Shown here: piece after piece, positions 49,892 to 63,498 of the stretch
How positions within the stretch are numbered: the stretch's first letter is position 1
Layout: every line of letters begins with the position of its first letter
From: Octopus sinensis
Lineage: Eukaryota
DNA length: 64,000 nt
Assembly: GCF_006345805.1 (NCBI RefSeq)
Contig: NW_021835996.1
Location: forward strand, 186,001-250,000
Reading direction: 5' to 3'
The notes under the pieces: model-generated
Told to the model about the DNA's origin: nothing
Seen by the model: the letters and a program-made list of their open reading frames with translations, nothing else
Database searches by the model: none
Program-made: the position numbers and the translations under genes

Positions 49892-50935
49892 GTTTCTGCT
49901 ATATCCAAAACCACACAAGTCTTTAGTCGTCGAGACTATTTCTTATTATAAATTACAAAATAATTAAAACATTTCTAATTATAAAGAAACTGCACAAGAT
50001 CTGTTTAAACAATCAGAAATAACAGAAAGAATTCATTCTCGTTAAACATGAGCTTTGCAGTCGTATTTATTGGAAGGTTAGAATCTGTTCCCAACATCTA
50101 CCAGACATTTCAAATTCGCCACAAACTTTGACATAAAGAACCTTCCGTTAAAAGCCCGTGTGATCATTCACCACATGAAATCCTTTTAAATTTTACTCAA
50201 AACACGTTAACCACTTCATTCACCAACTTGATGATCTGCGTTGCCTGATAGCCCGTGAAATTAGACGGCATCCGAGTGTGACACCAGAATGGGGTAACAG
50301 ATTCTTGGCTCCAAGTAGCCGAATGGTTACTGCTAAACGAGAGGAGGCGAATTAACGAAGACCGTCCTTCTACGACGGGAGAAAGCGCCTACATCTCTCC
50401 CCACTGGGCCAGTTCAATTTTCCCTCGCCGTATTAAGATTTGGTAAACTTTCAGAACAGCAACACCACAGTCGGAATAGAATATACAAAGAACTTGTAAT
50501 GCGACAGCACGAACTAAACGACCTCATCAAAGTGACTAGTTTTATGAACAAACACAGCAACTGGAATATGCGGATAGACGGTTCGGGTACGATTATTACC
50601 ATTGTCCTTTCCATTGCTCATATGCTCACGATGACCCGTGTTCTCATTTCGAGTGAGTTATTGTTTTGAGCCCTGAGAGGCACAAGTGTTGCCAATGTGA
50701 ACATGATAGATGCTGTCAGCAACACCAGCAGGCTTCCCATCCACCAATCGTCAACACACCGAGAACTCCCCGTTCTCTTGTGTTCCACTGCAAGGAAGAT
50801 TCATTCAAACGAAATATCAAAAGTCACACTGCTTACAAAGCTATCAGACTGCTGATAAAAAAGCAATACGGTAAAACCTCTCGAATCCGCCGATTTTGGT
50901 ACCGAACAAAAAATCGGGAATTTAAATAATATTTT

Positions 50936-52215
50936 TTAAGAAGTCGCTATCTGAGAAAGCCAAATGGGTCACTGATTTCACAAATAAGCTCATGTTGCTT
51001 GATTCTCACTACGGATTTTTCGTGCTCAGAGCAAACCTCATGTTGCCAAGGCTTCTATATTTGCTGCGAACTTCAAACTGCTCAATACAATCCGACATGC
51101 TTCAATCGCTCGATACTTCTCTGAAGTTGGCCGCTGAAAAAATCCTAAACATATCCTTTGATGACGCTGGTTGGACTTGCTGCAAATTACCTCTACGCCT
51201 TGGCGGAGTTGGACTCCGTTCACCTCTGGACATGGCTCTTCCTGCATTCCTCTCCTCACGTGCGAGCTCCCAAGCCCTCATCACCCAAATCCTACGTAAC
51301 TCTCGCGGATTGGAAGAGGACCGGGTTTTCTCTGGAGCTTGCGAATTCTGGAAGGGATCTGGATTGGCCATTCCATCTAACATTTCACGCCAATGGGAAT
51401 GGGATGATATCTCCAGCAAAGCTAAAATGGAAGCAATCAGACCTACATTGGATCAGCATCGCCTCGCTTGTTTCGGTGCCGCTGCCAGACCTGAAAGTGG
51501 AGCGTGGCTTAATGCCCTCCCTTGCTCCCAATCTGGAACCCTTCTCGATAATGACTGTGTGAGGATTGGCGTAGCAATGCGCTTGGGACTTAATGTCTGT
51601 TCGGGAGGCCAATGCCGATGTGGGAGTAAAGTCGATACCAAAGGACTACATCCCCTGTCATGCAGAAGGAGTGCTGGCCGTGCTCCCAGACACTCCGCTA
51701 TCAACGAGACTATTTCGGCTGCGTTACAAGCAGCTGGATTCCCGACAGAACTGGAACCCGTTGGGCTTGACCGTGGAGACGGTAAACGCCCAGATGGAGT
51801 CACCATTTTCCCGTGGAGTAATGGGAAATGCCTCGCGTGGGACTCCACGTGCACAGACACCTTCTCAAAGACCAATATAGTTGACTCCGCGATCAGTCCA
51901 GGCTCAGCCGCTGAGAAGGCTGAGGTACATAAAGCTCAGAAATATTCCAACCTGCTGGACAACTTTATCTTCTCCCCAATATCTGTAGAAACCTCCGGGG
52001 CCATGAGCCAAAAATCGTTTGAACTCGTCGTTAAAATCGGGAATCTGATCTCGAGAAGACGGAGAGAGCCTCGGGAGAAGCAATGGTTGTTCCAAAGAAT
52101 ATCCATTGCGATCCTGAGGGGCAACGTCTTCTCGATCATCAGCAGCTTAAGATTATGATAATCATTTTCACTCAATTTAAAATAAAAATTGCTCATTTTA
52201 AAAAACAAAAAAAAA
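50936..52215 (+). mobile_element. CRE-type RLE retrotransposon, 5'-truncated (no RT core); only in copy B
   Basis: Seen: open ORF 50992-52158 with LPLRLGGVG, CRCG...HPLSC finger and GDGKRPDG...WD...EK.QKY nuclease. A-rich tail at ~52200-52215; GC-rich relative to flanks. Confidence 0.88.
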
Positions 52216-52224
52216 ATAATAATA

Positions 52225-52991
52225 ATTATTTCACGGACAAAAAATAAGAAAGAAGGAAAATTAATTAAAAGAAATGTATTATACAAGTTATTCTAATGAC
52301 GGCCAGGATCTTTGGTATTTTTTGCGAGCTTATTGAAATCCACTGGTAGGGTAGATATCATTATGCGTAAACATGACTCTAAGTTTGCATCCGTTATCCG
52401 AGATCTATATTGACTTTTTAAATATTTCATTTTGGAAAATGTAGACTCACATAAATATGTGCTTCCGAATAAAACGAGAATATTTCTTGCCATTTCACGT
52501 AAATTTGGATAATCTGTCGCTGATTTCCATACATTCAACAAATCTTTGCTTTCATTAAATTTATTTATCAAAATTAAATCATTTTTTAATTTCAATAATT
52601 CAATTTGAAATTCCAATGGCGCATTCTCAATCGAAACAGTATGTGGTGCTGCAGTTAATTGAAGTTTGAGTTCAATTTTTTTTAATTCGTTAAATCGCTC
52701 TTCAAATTGTTTCAAAATATAATCGACTGTAGTATTAAATGTATTTGGTGTAAGATCGTCATAATTAATTATTTTGTCATCAATGAGATCAATGAGGTTA
52801 ACCATTATATAAAAATAGAATTTTATTTAATATGAATATTTTTAATTATTATTTAGGGTTTTTCTTGATTAATTAACACTACGAGCATTATATTTAAGAT
52901 TAGTTGCTCGATGACCTAATTGTGCCCACGGCCGCACATTCATCGACTCTCGGCCGCATGCGGCCGTCACGGCCGCACTTGCGCACCCCTG
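52225..52991 (-). mobile_element. Truncated SPIN-like hAT (one TIR plus transposase C-terminus); only in copy B
   Basis: Seen: TIR (reverse complement CAGGGGTGCGCAAG) ending at 52991, cggccgca repeats, and FGSTYLCESTFS. Confidence 0.8.
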
Positions 52992-52999
52992 CTCTAGAG

Positions 53000-54554
53000 C
53001 AGTGGTTCTCAACGGTGGGCGATTCGCCCCCTAGGGGCGATTTTTTCTGCCAGGGGGGCGATGGCTGATTGCTAATATTTGAAAAATTAAAATCTTATGT
53101 TAGAAGTCGATAATCTTTGAAAAAATAAAGATATATAATCGAGTCTAATAATATTTATTAATAATATGATATTTTTATTATATTTTATTTAAATTTCTAA
53201 GCGTGATTTCTAGTTATCTTTATGGGTCGTGTTCAAAAAAAAGTCAGAATGTATAAAGATGAATATATTTCTCTTGGATTTATTAAAGATCCTCAAGATT
53301 TAAACCACTTTGTCTTCAATGGTACAATTTTTTCGAATGAGGCAATGAAACCGTCTCGTTTGATTGAACATTTAAAGCGAAAACATCATAATTCAATTGG
53401 AAAAAAGCCAGACTTTTTTCTAGAATTAAAAAAGAATTTTGAAAATAAAAACACCTTACCGTCAATCTTTAATAAAAATATATCTCAAAATGTCTCTGGA
53501 TTATCTTATTCATATAAAGTTGCAAAGATAATCGCAAAAACTGGTTGCATTATTATTTTAATTTATAGGTAATGCCCATTCGATTGCAGAAAATGTCATC
53601 CGTCCTTGTTTAAATTTATTTATAAACGATATCTTACAAAAAGATTCTTCAAATATTATGAAGACTATTCCATTAAGCAACGACACTATACGAAGAAGAA
53701 TTGATGAAATTTCTAATGAAATTGAACAATCTTTAATTTTATTTCTCAGAGAACGCAAGTTTTCAGTCCAACTTGACGAATCAGTTGTCGTTGATAATCA
53801 GTCAATTTTGATGGCATATGTAAGGTATTACTTTTTATAAAGATATTTCGATGATGATTCTATTTTGCAAGAAGAGTTATTATTTGCAAGATCTTTAGTC
53901 ACGGATACTACAGGATTGTCAATATTCAAAATGTTTGAATTTTATTTTTACAAATTTAATTTAAGTAATAGAAAATTTGGAAAATTCGATTTTTATGACC
54001 ACACTTTTGATGACAACGATCTGAAAATTTATGAATTTCATTTAGAATCTTTGGAACAAGATTTGAAAAAAAAGATTTGAATATTTAATTAATTTAAACT
54101 TTTCTGATTGGATGATTAATCCTTGGTTGCCCATTCATTATGATTCTGATGATGAATGTCAAGAAGAATTAATAGAACTAAAAAACGACGAAGAACTGAA
54201 AATAAAATTTAAAAATGAAAACCTGACACAATTCTGGGGAGAAAAATCTATAAAAATGAAATTCCCGAAATTATGGGAAAAAATGATGCCAATAATATTA
54301 TGTTTTCCTACGTCATACTGCGTAGAGAGAGGATTCAGCACTCTGAATAGTATGATCGGAAAAAAAAAGAAACAAACTAAATATAGAAGAAAGAGGCGAC
54401 ATTAGAATTACACTTACGAAAATAAGTACAAATTTTGAAAAACTTGTCAATCTTCATCAACCACAAGGATCTCATTAAAACTCTTATTTTTTAAATAAAA
54501 ATTTTTACTAATGAAATAAGGGGGCGATACAAAAATAAAGGTTGAGAACCACTG
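53000..54554 (+). mobile_element. Internally deleted Buster/ZBED5-like hAT; only in copy B
   Basis: Seen: 14-bp TIR CAGTGGTTCTCAAC, TSD CTCTAGAG (52992-52999 and 54555-54562), NEAMKPSRL, PLSNDTIRRRI, FSVQLDES and CVERGFS. Introns at 53544-53568 (25 nt) and 53825-53841 (17 nt). Confidence 0.92.
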
Positions 54555-55369
54555 CTCTAGAGCTCCGAAAGCTTCCGAAAGATTAACTCTTTTCTCATTT
54601 GATTCCTCTTCAATAATTGTTTCCTAAGTACAATTATTAAATAAAGTCACTAACTGATTGAACTTTTTTGACTGCAATGTATCAGCTTGTTCAGATTTTT
54701 CTAAAAATTCCATTAGCTCTTCATTTTCAGTATATCCATCAATTTCAATAAATTTGAGTTTCGGAATTTTCGTTATGTTTAATTTTTTTGATATCAGTCC
54801 TATTCAAAAGGTCCGATTTTGATTTAAAGTCTTTTATAGTTCTCGAAGAAATTTTCTTTTTTAATCGTGAAGAAAAAATCCTGGAAATTTGTTAGCTTAT
54901 CAGGCTAAGTATGGTCTAGGTCAGGGTTTCTTACCCGGGGGTACATGTGCCTAGGGAGTACGCGAGAAGATCCAGGGGGTACGCGGAACAATTTTTGTCA
55001 TTATTCAGATATGTTTCAATTCTTGCACACTTATGGAATTTTGGAGTAAAATGATTCCAAAGTATTCGTTATTTTAAACAAATCGGAACTTTCTGAAGTT
55101 TGTCGAAGTTTGTCGAGTATGCAATATTTAATTCCTTATCCAACAACATGCTTATGCGAAACTGCGATGTCTTGTTTATCATTTATTAAAAATAAATCTC
55201 GTAATCGATTGAATGTTGGAGATTATATGCGAATCGCTCTTAGCAACATGGATTCGAATATTAGAAAACTTGTTGCAGAAAAGCAACAACAAATATCTCA
55301 CTAGAATTAAATCTTATACACTTTTTCGGCATAAAATATTTTATTGATTTTGTTTAGTTAGAAAATAAT

Positions 55370-58300
55370 TGTCGCGCGCAATGGATGAAACGCGTGCCTA
55401 AAGTGAAACGCTGTGAACCTTGAGAAAACCACAAAAAACCTCGAAAATAAAATTAACAATCCTTTGATGAAAACAGGAATAAAACCGAGAAATCAATTTT
55501 TTATTATTATCGTTTGAAAGATTAACAATTTATTTAAATAATGGTTAGCCATTTTAAAATTACCAAAAAATTAAAAATATTTTAACCTGAAAATTTACCT
55601 GTCTAAATTTTTTTAACTTGTGATTTAAATACTATTTGTTCTGCCCGCGCAATTGGGAGTTGGAATCAGCGGAGGTTGTGAGTCGGCCGCCCATGCTGTA
55701 AGGGAACTAATGGAGACTCCAGAAGAATTTATTTTGGTTAAACTGGACATCTCCAACGCATTTAATTCAGTCAGAAGAGATTTCCTGTTGGAGTCCTGCT
55801 ATGCTCTTGCCCCCTCGGCTTATCGTCTGGTCCATCTATCTTACTCTCAACCAAGTCTCCTCTTGTTCGGTAATTCTGTTATCGTATCTTCGACCGGTGT
55901 ACAACAGGGAGATCCTCTTGGTCCTCTGTTGTTTGCAATCTGCGTCAACTCCATCGCCCACTCTGTCCTTTCCCCTATAAACATCTGGTATCTTGATGAC
56001 GCCACAATATGTGGACCACCATGCTCTGTCCTAGAGGACCTTCGCGTAATTATCCCTGCCCTTTCATCTATTGGTCTTGAGATAAACTTTGCCAAATCCG
56101 AAGTTATAAATCTCAATATCCCACACGGAATTTTTGTCGAAACTATGGCCGTTCTGGAAGATATTTTAAAAGGCGTGCGGATCACTGATAAAAAAAACCT
56201 CCTCATCCTTGGCTCCCCAATTGGTCGCGAGGCTTTGTCTCAAACTCTTATTGACAAGGCAGCTGTTCTGTCATGCATTATTCAAAGACTCTCTCTCATC
56301 GACGCTCATGTCGGGTTCTTTCTTCTCCGTAATTATTTTTCAACTCCGAAGCTACTATATACATTAAGAAGCTCTCCGTGTTTTCACGAACAAAATCTCC
56401 TTTCCGTTATTGAAAATATTCTGAAGTCCGGAGCAGAGTCGCTATGCAACGTACGTTTCGACCCTCTTGGTTGGATTCAATCCACCCTGCCTGTAAGCCG
56501 CGGTGGGATTGGACTCCGTTCTCCCGTGTCTATCGCTCTTCCTGCTTTCCTTTCGTCAACGGCATCATCCCGTGTCCTCACTGACATTGTTCTCAGAAAC
56601 CTACCCGAACGAAAAATGTCAGTTGATCACGTGGCCGCTTTGGACCTGTGGGATTCATTGTACAACAAAAGACCCAGTGACCCGTGTATCCAAGCTCAAT
56701 GGGATGCCATTTCTTGTGAAGCTCTTGACGTTCATCTACGCAAAAATTTCGATCAGCACAGACTTGCATGTCTCCGCGCAGGCTGCTGCACAGGGAGTGG
56801 GGCCTGGCTGGATGCTCTCCCTGTCCCTTCCACCGGTAACCTATTAGACAAAGATTGCCTACGAATTGGTTTATCATTGCGTCTTGGATTGGAAATCTGC
56901 GAAATACACAAATGTCGTTGTGGTGCTGTCATTGACCGTTTTGGTCTACATCCCCTTTCCTGTCGTCGCAGTGCAGGGCGCGCACCACGCCATGCAGCAC
57001 TTAACGACGTTATTCAGAGGGGGCTCACGGCCGCTGGGATTCCATCAATCCTCGAACCCGTCGGGCTTGCGAGGGGAGACGGAAAAAGACCCGACGGCCT
57101 ATCGACTTTCCCGTTTGAGTTCGGCAAGTCTCTGTTATGGGATGCGACGTGTTCAGACACTTTCTCGGAGCTCAACCTTCCTTCTTCAGCTGTCGAGCCT
57201 GGCTCAGTCTCTCGCAAAACCGAGAAGATGAAGATTGGAAAGTACAAGGAGCTCTCTGAACGGTATCTGTTCACTCCCATCGCCGTCGAGACTTCCGGCG
57301 TCATCGGCGAAAAGTCTCTTTCCTTTCTAAAAAAGCTTGGCCGCATGATCTCCCATAAACGGGGAGACCCACGCGAGTCCAAGTGGCTTTTCGAAAGGAT
57401 TTCCTTGGCCATAGTACGTGGAAACTGTGTTTCCATTTACGATGCCGGGAATTTAGTTAGTTAATAACTATTTGTTCTTACTTAAAAATCTTAATAATAA
57501 AATGGTATGGTGTGAAAAAAAAAAAAAAAAAATTTGTTCATTTCCATCTTGATCTTTTATTTTAACTCTATTATTTGAAATTAAATCTTCAACAGTAAAG
57601 ATTTGTTGATGATAAAAAGATTCTAATTTTCGCTTCTTCGTCCTTTGATTTGTATCAAAATCTTTTTTCAGCAAAACATTATTTCCAATTGCAATTTCTA
57701 TATCCTCTTGTTCGGAAAAAAGCCATAAATGGTGACATATTTATAGAAGAATGAATTGAAATATTGTACTGATATACAATTTTTTCTAACACATCCACCC
57801 ATTTTTTCTGTTTGTCTGTGAGTTCTTTTTGAATCCATCTGCAAATGGTTTGATTGCAACGCTCCACTTGTCCCTGTGATTCTGGATGTCTTGGACGTCC
57901 CCTTTTATGAATTATTTTAAATTCTTCACATAATGACGTTATTTCTGAATTAACAAATTCTGTTCCGTTGTCAGACTGCAGAATTTTTGGTGGACCATAG
58001 GAAAGAAATATAGTTTTCAATGATTCCGAAACTGTAACTGCTTCTTTATTTTCTATTTTTTTAGCAAAGCAAAATTTTGAATAAATATCTATGACATTCA
58101 TAAGATATTTATAGGAATCATTTATATCTGCATAAAACGAAAGATCGACTAAATCAACTTGATAGCTAAAAATAAGCTATTGAATGAACCGTTCTCGAGG
58201 TTCTTTGGCTACTATGTTGACTAGTGGATATTTTGTCTTTAAGGGCTGACTTCGCTGACATTTGTGGCATGATGATATTACATCCCTAATTATGTTTCGA

Positions 58301-58760
58301 TTGATTATGCAAAAATTATTTTTGCAATACTCTTCCATTTTATTAAATCCATAGTGATAAATTGAATGAATCCTTTCACAATGCAGTTTCATGGATTCGA
58401 AATCATTTGAGGCAATTACCAATATTTTGTTTCCATCAGATTGTTTATAATATAGCACACCTATCATTAGATTTAATAGTACCTCCAGAATTTACGAAAT
58501 TTCTACATTTTTTGAGAAAACGAAATCTTTTTAGTCTTGAAAAATCTTCTGGTATTGTATTATTTATTAAAAAATCAAGAATATTCTTATACTCCTGATC
58601 ATCCTTTACAATGTTGGCAAATCTCATTTCGATAATATTATCTCAAAGTGCGCAATCATATTTAATATTGACTTGATAATTGTCAAGAGCTTAATTGAAG
58701 GTTAAATTCAAGGTCACGGCGTTTCACTTTAGGCACGCGTTTCATTTATGGCGCGTGACA
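55370..58760 (-). mobile_element. Ginger element (copy B), interrupted by a CRE retrotransposon
   Basis: Seen: same TIRs and ATAAT TSD; ORF-track proteins are identical to copy A. Confidence 0.87.
55642..57532 (+). mobile_element. CRE-type RLE retrotransposon, 5'-truncated within RT, with an open 603-codon ORF; only in copy B
   Basis: Seen: QLGVG..GGCE, GVQQGDPLGPLLF, WYLDD, CRCG...HPLSC, GDGKRPDG, an A18 tail and TSD atttgttc (55634-55641 and 57532-57539). The empty site is at ~26104-26111. Confidence 0.93.
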
Positions 58761-58986
58761 ATAATTTATATTTTATAATTAAATCATTTATCTCAAAAAA
58801 AGATATGTAAAAATTTAAAAATCGATAGGGGGTATGCGGGATCCATTTTTAACCCCAAGGAGTACAATTTATCAAAAATTTGAAAAAGGTTAAGAACCGC
58901 TGATCTAGGTGCTACCCAAGTTAATGTGAAGGAGTTGATCAAACTTCAGAGGGAATCGCTAATAAAAAGATCAACTTAAAAATCAT

Positions 58987-61322
58987 TTACAAGACTCTTT
59001 TTAGAAGTCTGGGAACCCCGCACATTGACGTATCGTCGTCATCAACATGGTTGAAATATGGGAATAACTCTCCCCGATCAGAAGGGTTATTCTCATATTT
59101 GCAGGATAGAAACTTTAAATGGTCAACAGAAAAAATGGGAACCACTGTAAAGAAAGGCGATGACCGTTTAGCCACGATAAAGAATTTTTAGCTAATCTTG
59201 AGAATGAACATGAAGTTTTCCTAATTTTTCAATTAACAAATTACAAAGCATATATTGGAAAATAACAATTAGAAAGCACATTTTATTTCAATTAGACTAA
59301 AAGTCATTTTTGTTCATTAAAGCCATTTGTTTAATTATTTATATTCTAAAATTATTGATTTGTTTTTTAAAATTGGCCACAAAATTTTAAGGGCCAATTT
59401 CTTATCTACATAAGAAGATATCAATTATAAGAGATTAAATTTTTATTTAATTAAAAGTAATTTCTTGAACTTATTTATTCTTCATTTTCGCGATTCCCCA
59501 AAAAAATCGACACTCGGTCGCGAGTTTCTGATTGATTGTGAGACTTCTGCAAAATAAAAGCGGGGCTCAACCATGTGTACAATCTCAAAAAACTGCACAA
59601 AAATTGATGTGAATAAAGACAAAACGACGTACATAAAAAAGCATATAAACACGATCTGATAAATGTCCGAAAATAATCTGACGCGTGAATCCTCCGTTGA
59701 CACCATAAGATCATTAATTATATCCCCGTTCATTATTGCAAACAGAGAAATAGCAGATGAGTAGAGAGTTTCAAACTAAAAATAATTGACAAAACTAGCA
59801 TTTTCATTATAGGGATGAAGAACTATCCACCCACAAAATACAAAGCCCATATACACAATGATTATGCAGGACATGAAACGGAGGACCAAGAGGGCCGACC
59901 TAGTCAAAGTCATCATCAGAATCTTAAAATTATTTAAGCGGAATATACGTTAAAACCCGAAAAGAAACTAAGATAGCGAAGGAGACCAGTCCAAATGAGA
60001 AGAATGTTAATTCCATAAGCAATAGCGAGATAAGGAGAATAAAATTGCTAAAAAATAAGCTACAGAAGAACGTGAATTTGAGGAATGTAAATTCCAGTGA
60101 CAACAATATTACTTATGTCAGTGAAAATAATTATGAAATTCCATATGTCGAAGTATATTGATAATTCTGAATATGACAAACTTTCTCCCTCTATGCGAGA
60201 AAAGTGAGAATTTGTAATCTTAGCCAAATAAAAGGATTTTAACACAGAACGGACACATGTGATGAGAGATATAAAACTCACCAATAATGCCAACGAGGAT
60301 ACTATAAGGTGCACCGTACGGGTATAATTGAAGACTATGGTCGAGGTATGACACTTACGATAATATGCATAAGAACGACGTTGTGCCGAACTATCAATTT
60401 GGTAAGCTTCGTTCAAGTTTGATCGAATTATGTTGACCTAAAAAGTAATTAAATAATATTACATTGTATTCAATTTGCTCATTCACGATGTGCCCTAATT
60501 TATTCATCCAAGTTGTTGACATCGACATCAATTCCATTGTAAGACTTATTTTGAAGGTTCTTTAATATTCATTGTTTATCCTTACTTTGATAATAATACA
60601 TTGTCAGTAAATTTTGTTATTTTTGAAACGTCAAAAGTAGTCATATTGGACAATATATCAATTTCCTCACATACTTGAATTTATTCATAAATTAAAATCA
60701 ACCCCATTTAAAACTGACTTTCAAGAAATTGTTCTCTAAGTCCAATTTTTTGTTTTTATCATCGATATGATAGTAATTTAGACAAATTAGAACAGGAGAA
60801 AGATTGGTCGAGCTCAGTTTTACGGGATTATAACCAATCACTGAGTCGTTTCCAATACTGATATACTATGAATACTCAATTAAATAGTTTGTCACTTTAT
60901 TTAATGTGTAATTGATATTATTCAACATTTGAGGTAAGCTCACCACAAATGGCAAATGTTCATGTGAATAAGACGGATGTTTAACAAAATCTTTGATAAA
61001 GTAACGATCAAGCGACAAAGTCGGAATATTCGGCAGTCGAGATTGACCATAAATATAAATCTACAATATTAAATAAATTTACTTGAACGGTGAAGATTAT
61101 GACTTTGGCCAGTTGTGCAAACATTTTTATTGGAAGCTTCCGCCTTTCATTCCATTTTCCCACCGGATCTTTTAAATAGTACGAAGCATAGGTCTTAAAC
61201 TGATCGACATCTTCATTTAAACGACTTTTTTCTTCTAATTAGACATATTGCACAATTAGCTCACCGTCGGGTAGTCTAATGAATGCCACATAGTTGTTTT
61301 TTTGTGTTTTTTGACTTGACAT
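58987..61322 (-). CDS. MCOLN: Mucolipin/TRPML (copy B)
   Basis: Seen: nearly identical to copy A. Confidence 0.88.
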
Positions 61323-61879
61323 TTTTATATTAGAAAGCGACTAATGGAATTTGAATTTTATTATTAAATAAATTGAATTTAATTATTTTTATTTAATATA
61401 TCTTTTTATTAAATATTAATCTCATCACCTCAATTTTTGAATTGGATTTTATAAGTAGGTGTATGAGAAAAAAATTTCTCGATGATCAAATATTTTGCAA
61501 TCACTAACACCGATGTAGTTTTCAATTTTACTTTTTTGAGCAAGTTTAGATGATGCTCGAAATTCATAAATACGTAAATATTCCCAAATCCGCATTCTGA
61601 TATTTGTCTTTCAAAAAAATGTAGTTTTAATAAAAATTCGCCCTTCTATGGAATGGATTCAAGATAAACAATTTGAGGATAGAAAACGAAACCAATTGTG
61701 AGCTTGTAACACTCAAGTTATTGTATGGGCGAAGACTGGATACTGATTAGAGATATGTACTTTAAAAAATTAGCGAAAACAAAAACTTAATTATTGATTT
61801 ATTCAAACGCAACCAATTTTCCTGTGACCTAAATTCTTAATCCCTATCTTTTGGCTGTCAAAAGAAAACCGAGATAGAA

Positions 61880-63498
61880 AGAACAGATAAGTACATTAGA
61901 AGTCTGTTGAGAAATTTCACGGAGAACTTTGAAAAATTTACTCAAAACAGAAAATCCCAGTTACTCCCGGAGTTTATGAAAACCATTGTCTTTAAAAAAT
62001 AGACTCACGTTGAAGCTCAAAAAATCTTAGGATTCCCTAGACAGAACTTTAATGAGTGAAAGAATAAATGCTATTTCCAAATCACTTTGTTATACAACTT
62101 AAATCGGAAAAGAACGTGCTTGGTTACGACAATTGAAAATGCTATATCCAAAACGTCCCACATTTTAGACACCTTATAACAAAGTAACTGGAACTCAAAC
62201 GAAGGCTGAAGTAATTCGCCTACAACTTCCAAAAGGATCCCTGTCTATTCAAGAGGCGACAACCGAACTTGCAACTGTTCTGGAAGCAAATCCATCTGCC
62301 TCCTTACTAGAGCCTCCTTCTGTAAACTACACATGCATATTGAGACCCTAAAACCAATAAAGACAACTAAAAATGTGTCCCCAGAGTATGACAAGATTCC
62401 AATGGCCTGTTTCAAGCTGCTGTCACAGCTTACAAACCTTTTCAATTCCAGCCTACAGAGATAATACGTTCCAAAATCATTGAAGTTCTGATGGTTTGAA
62501 AACCTAAAAAACCTAAAGAAGAGGTCTCAAGCTATAGGCCTATAAGCCTAATTTGCTCTACATTAAAAATAAAGGAGAAAATCATTTATAGAAAGCAAGT
62601 GTTGCACATAGAAAAGAATCATTCTAAAATTAAAACCTTTAGAATCATTATCACAAATGAAAATTATGACACACATAAAAAAAGCTATTAATGCATTAAA
62701 AGACAATTTTTTAAATGCTTTACTTCGCGGTATATTTACCGGTTTCCCTTTTTTACTAACAATTTAGATGATGACGATGGCATGAAAATCTGGATTTTCG
62801 GATCCAACATTACCATCGAGTTTTCGGGGCACATGGATGTTTTTGACCATCTGATCAAAAAAATGATGAAAATATGTAGTAATTTTAATTTGCAGGTTTT
62901 ATATTCAAAATTCAACTTAGATTTTCAGAAAAACATCCAGAACTTGAAATTGTTTTGAAAAAATTCCCATCGAATTTAAGAATTGGTCCCTGCATGTTAA
63001 TAAAGAAAAGACCGAGCACATAAGAATCACAAGGGAATTAAAACATATTGATTAAAACTGAACAAAAAAGAAAATGCACAAAATATGGAGTCGACCAAAG
63101 CTAATCAAAACAAAGTTACGAATAAGGTTATAAAACTTGTATATAATCCCAGTACTTGTGTACATCTCAAGTACATGGGGAGTCGCAAAGTTAAAACTCA
63201 AAAAATGGACACATTTTATCGAAAACTATTACGCGATTTACTCGGCCTAGATTGGCCAAAGAAGATTTCCAACAATAAATTGTACTCTATGACACAATCG
63301 GTTGCAATAAGTACTGAAATTATCGAATCAGAATGGAGGCTATTTGGGCTTAGAATGGACATAAACACCCCCGCAAACATTATAATGGACAATTACTTTG
63401 ACAATGAAAAAAAAACATCGTTCAAAAGAAGACCTAAGGGCACTCTATCTGTTGTTCTGAATGAAAATTCCGTTCATCCCCTTGTAAAAAGATCATAA
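61880..63498 (+). pseudogene. Degenerate RTE-like LINE remnants (copy B)
   Basis: Seen: duplicate of 30700-32320. Confidence 0.6.

Larger units (their letters stand above)
54922..58902 (+). mobile_element. Non-autonomous hAT (copy B) containing Ginger and CRE insertions
   Basis: Seen: same ends and TSD as 25392-27474. Confidence 0.85.

Noticed and set aside
51038-57436. Many overlapping and antisense ORFs in the track over the CRE elements
   Set aside because: They are shadow ORFs expected in GC-richer coding DNA and carry no recognisable motifs.
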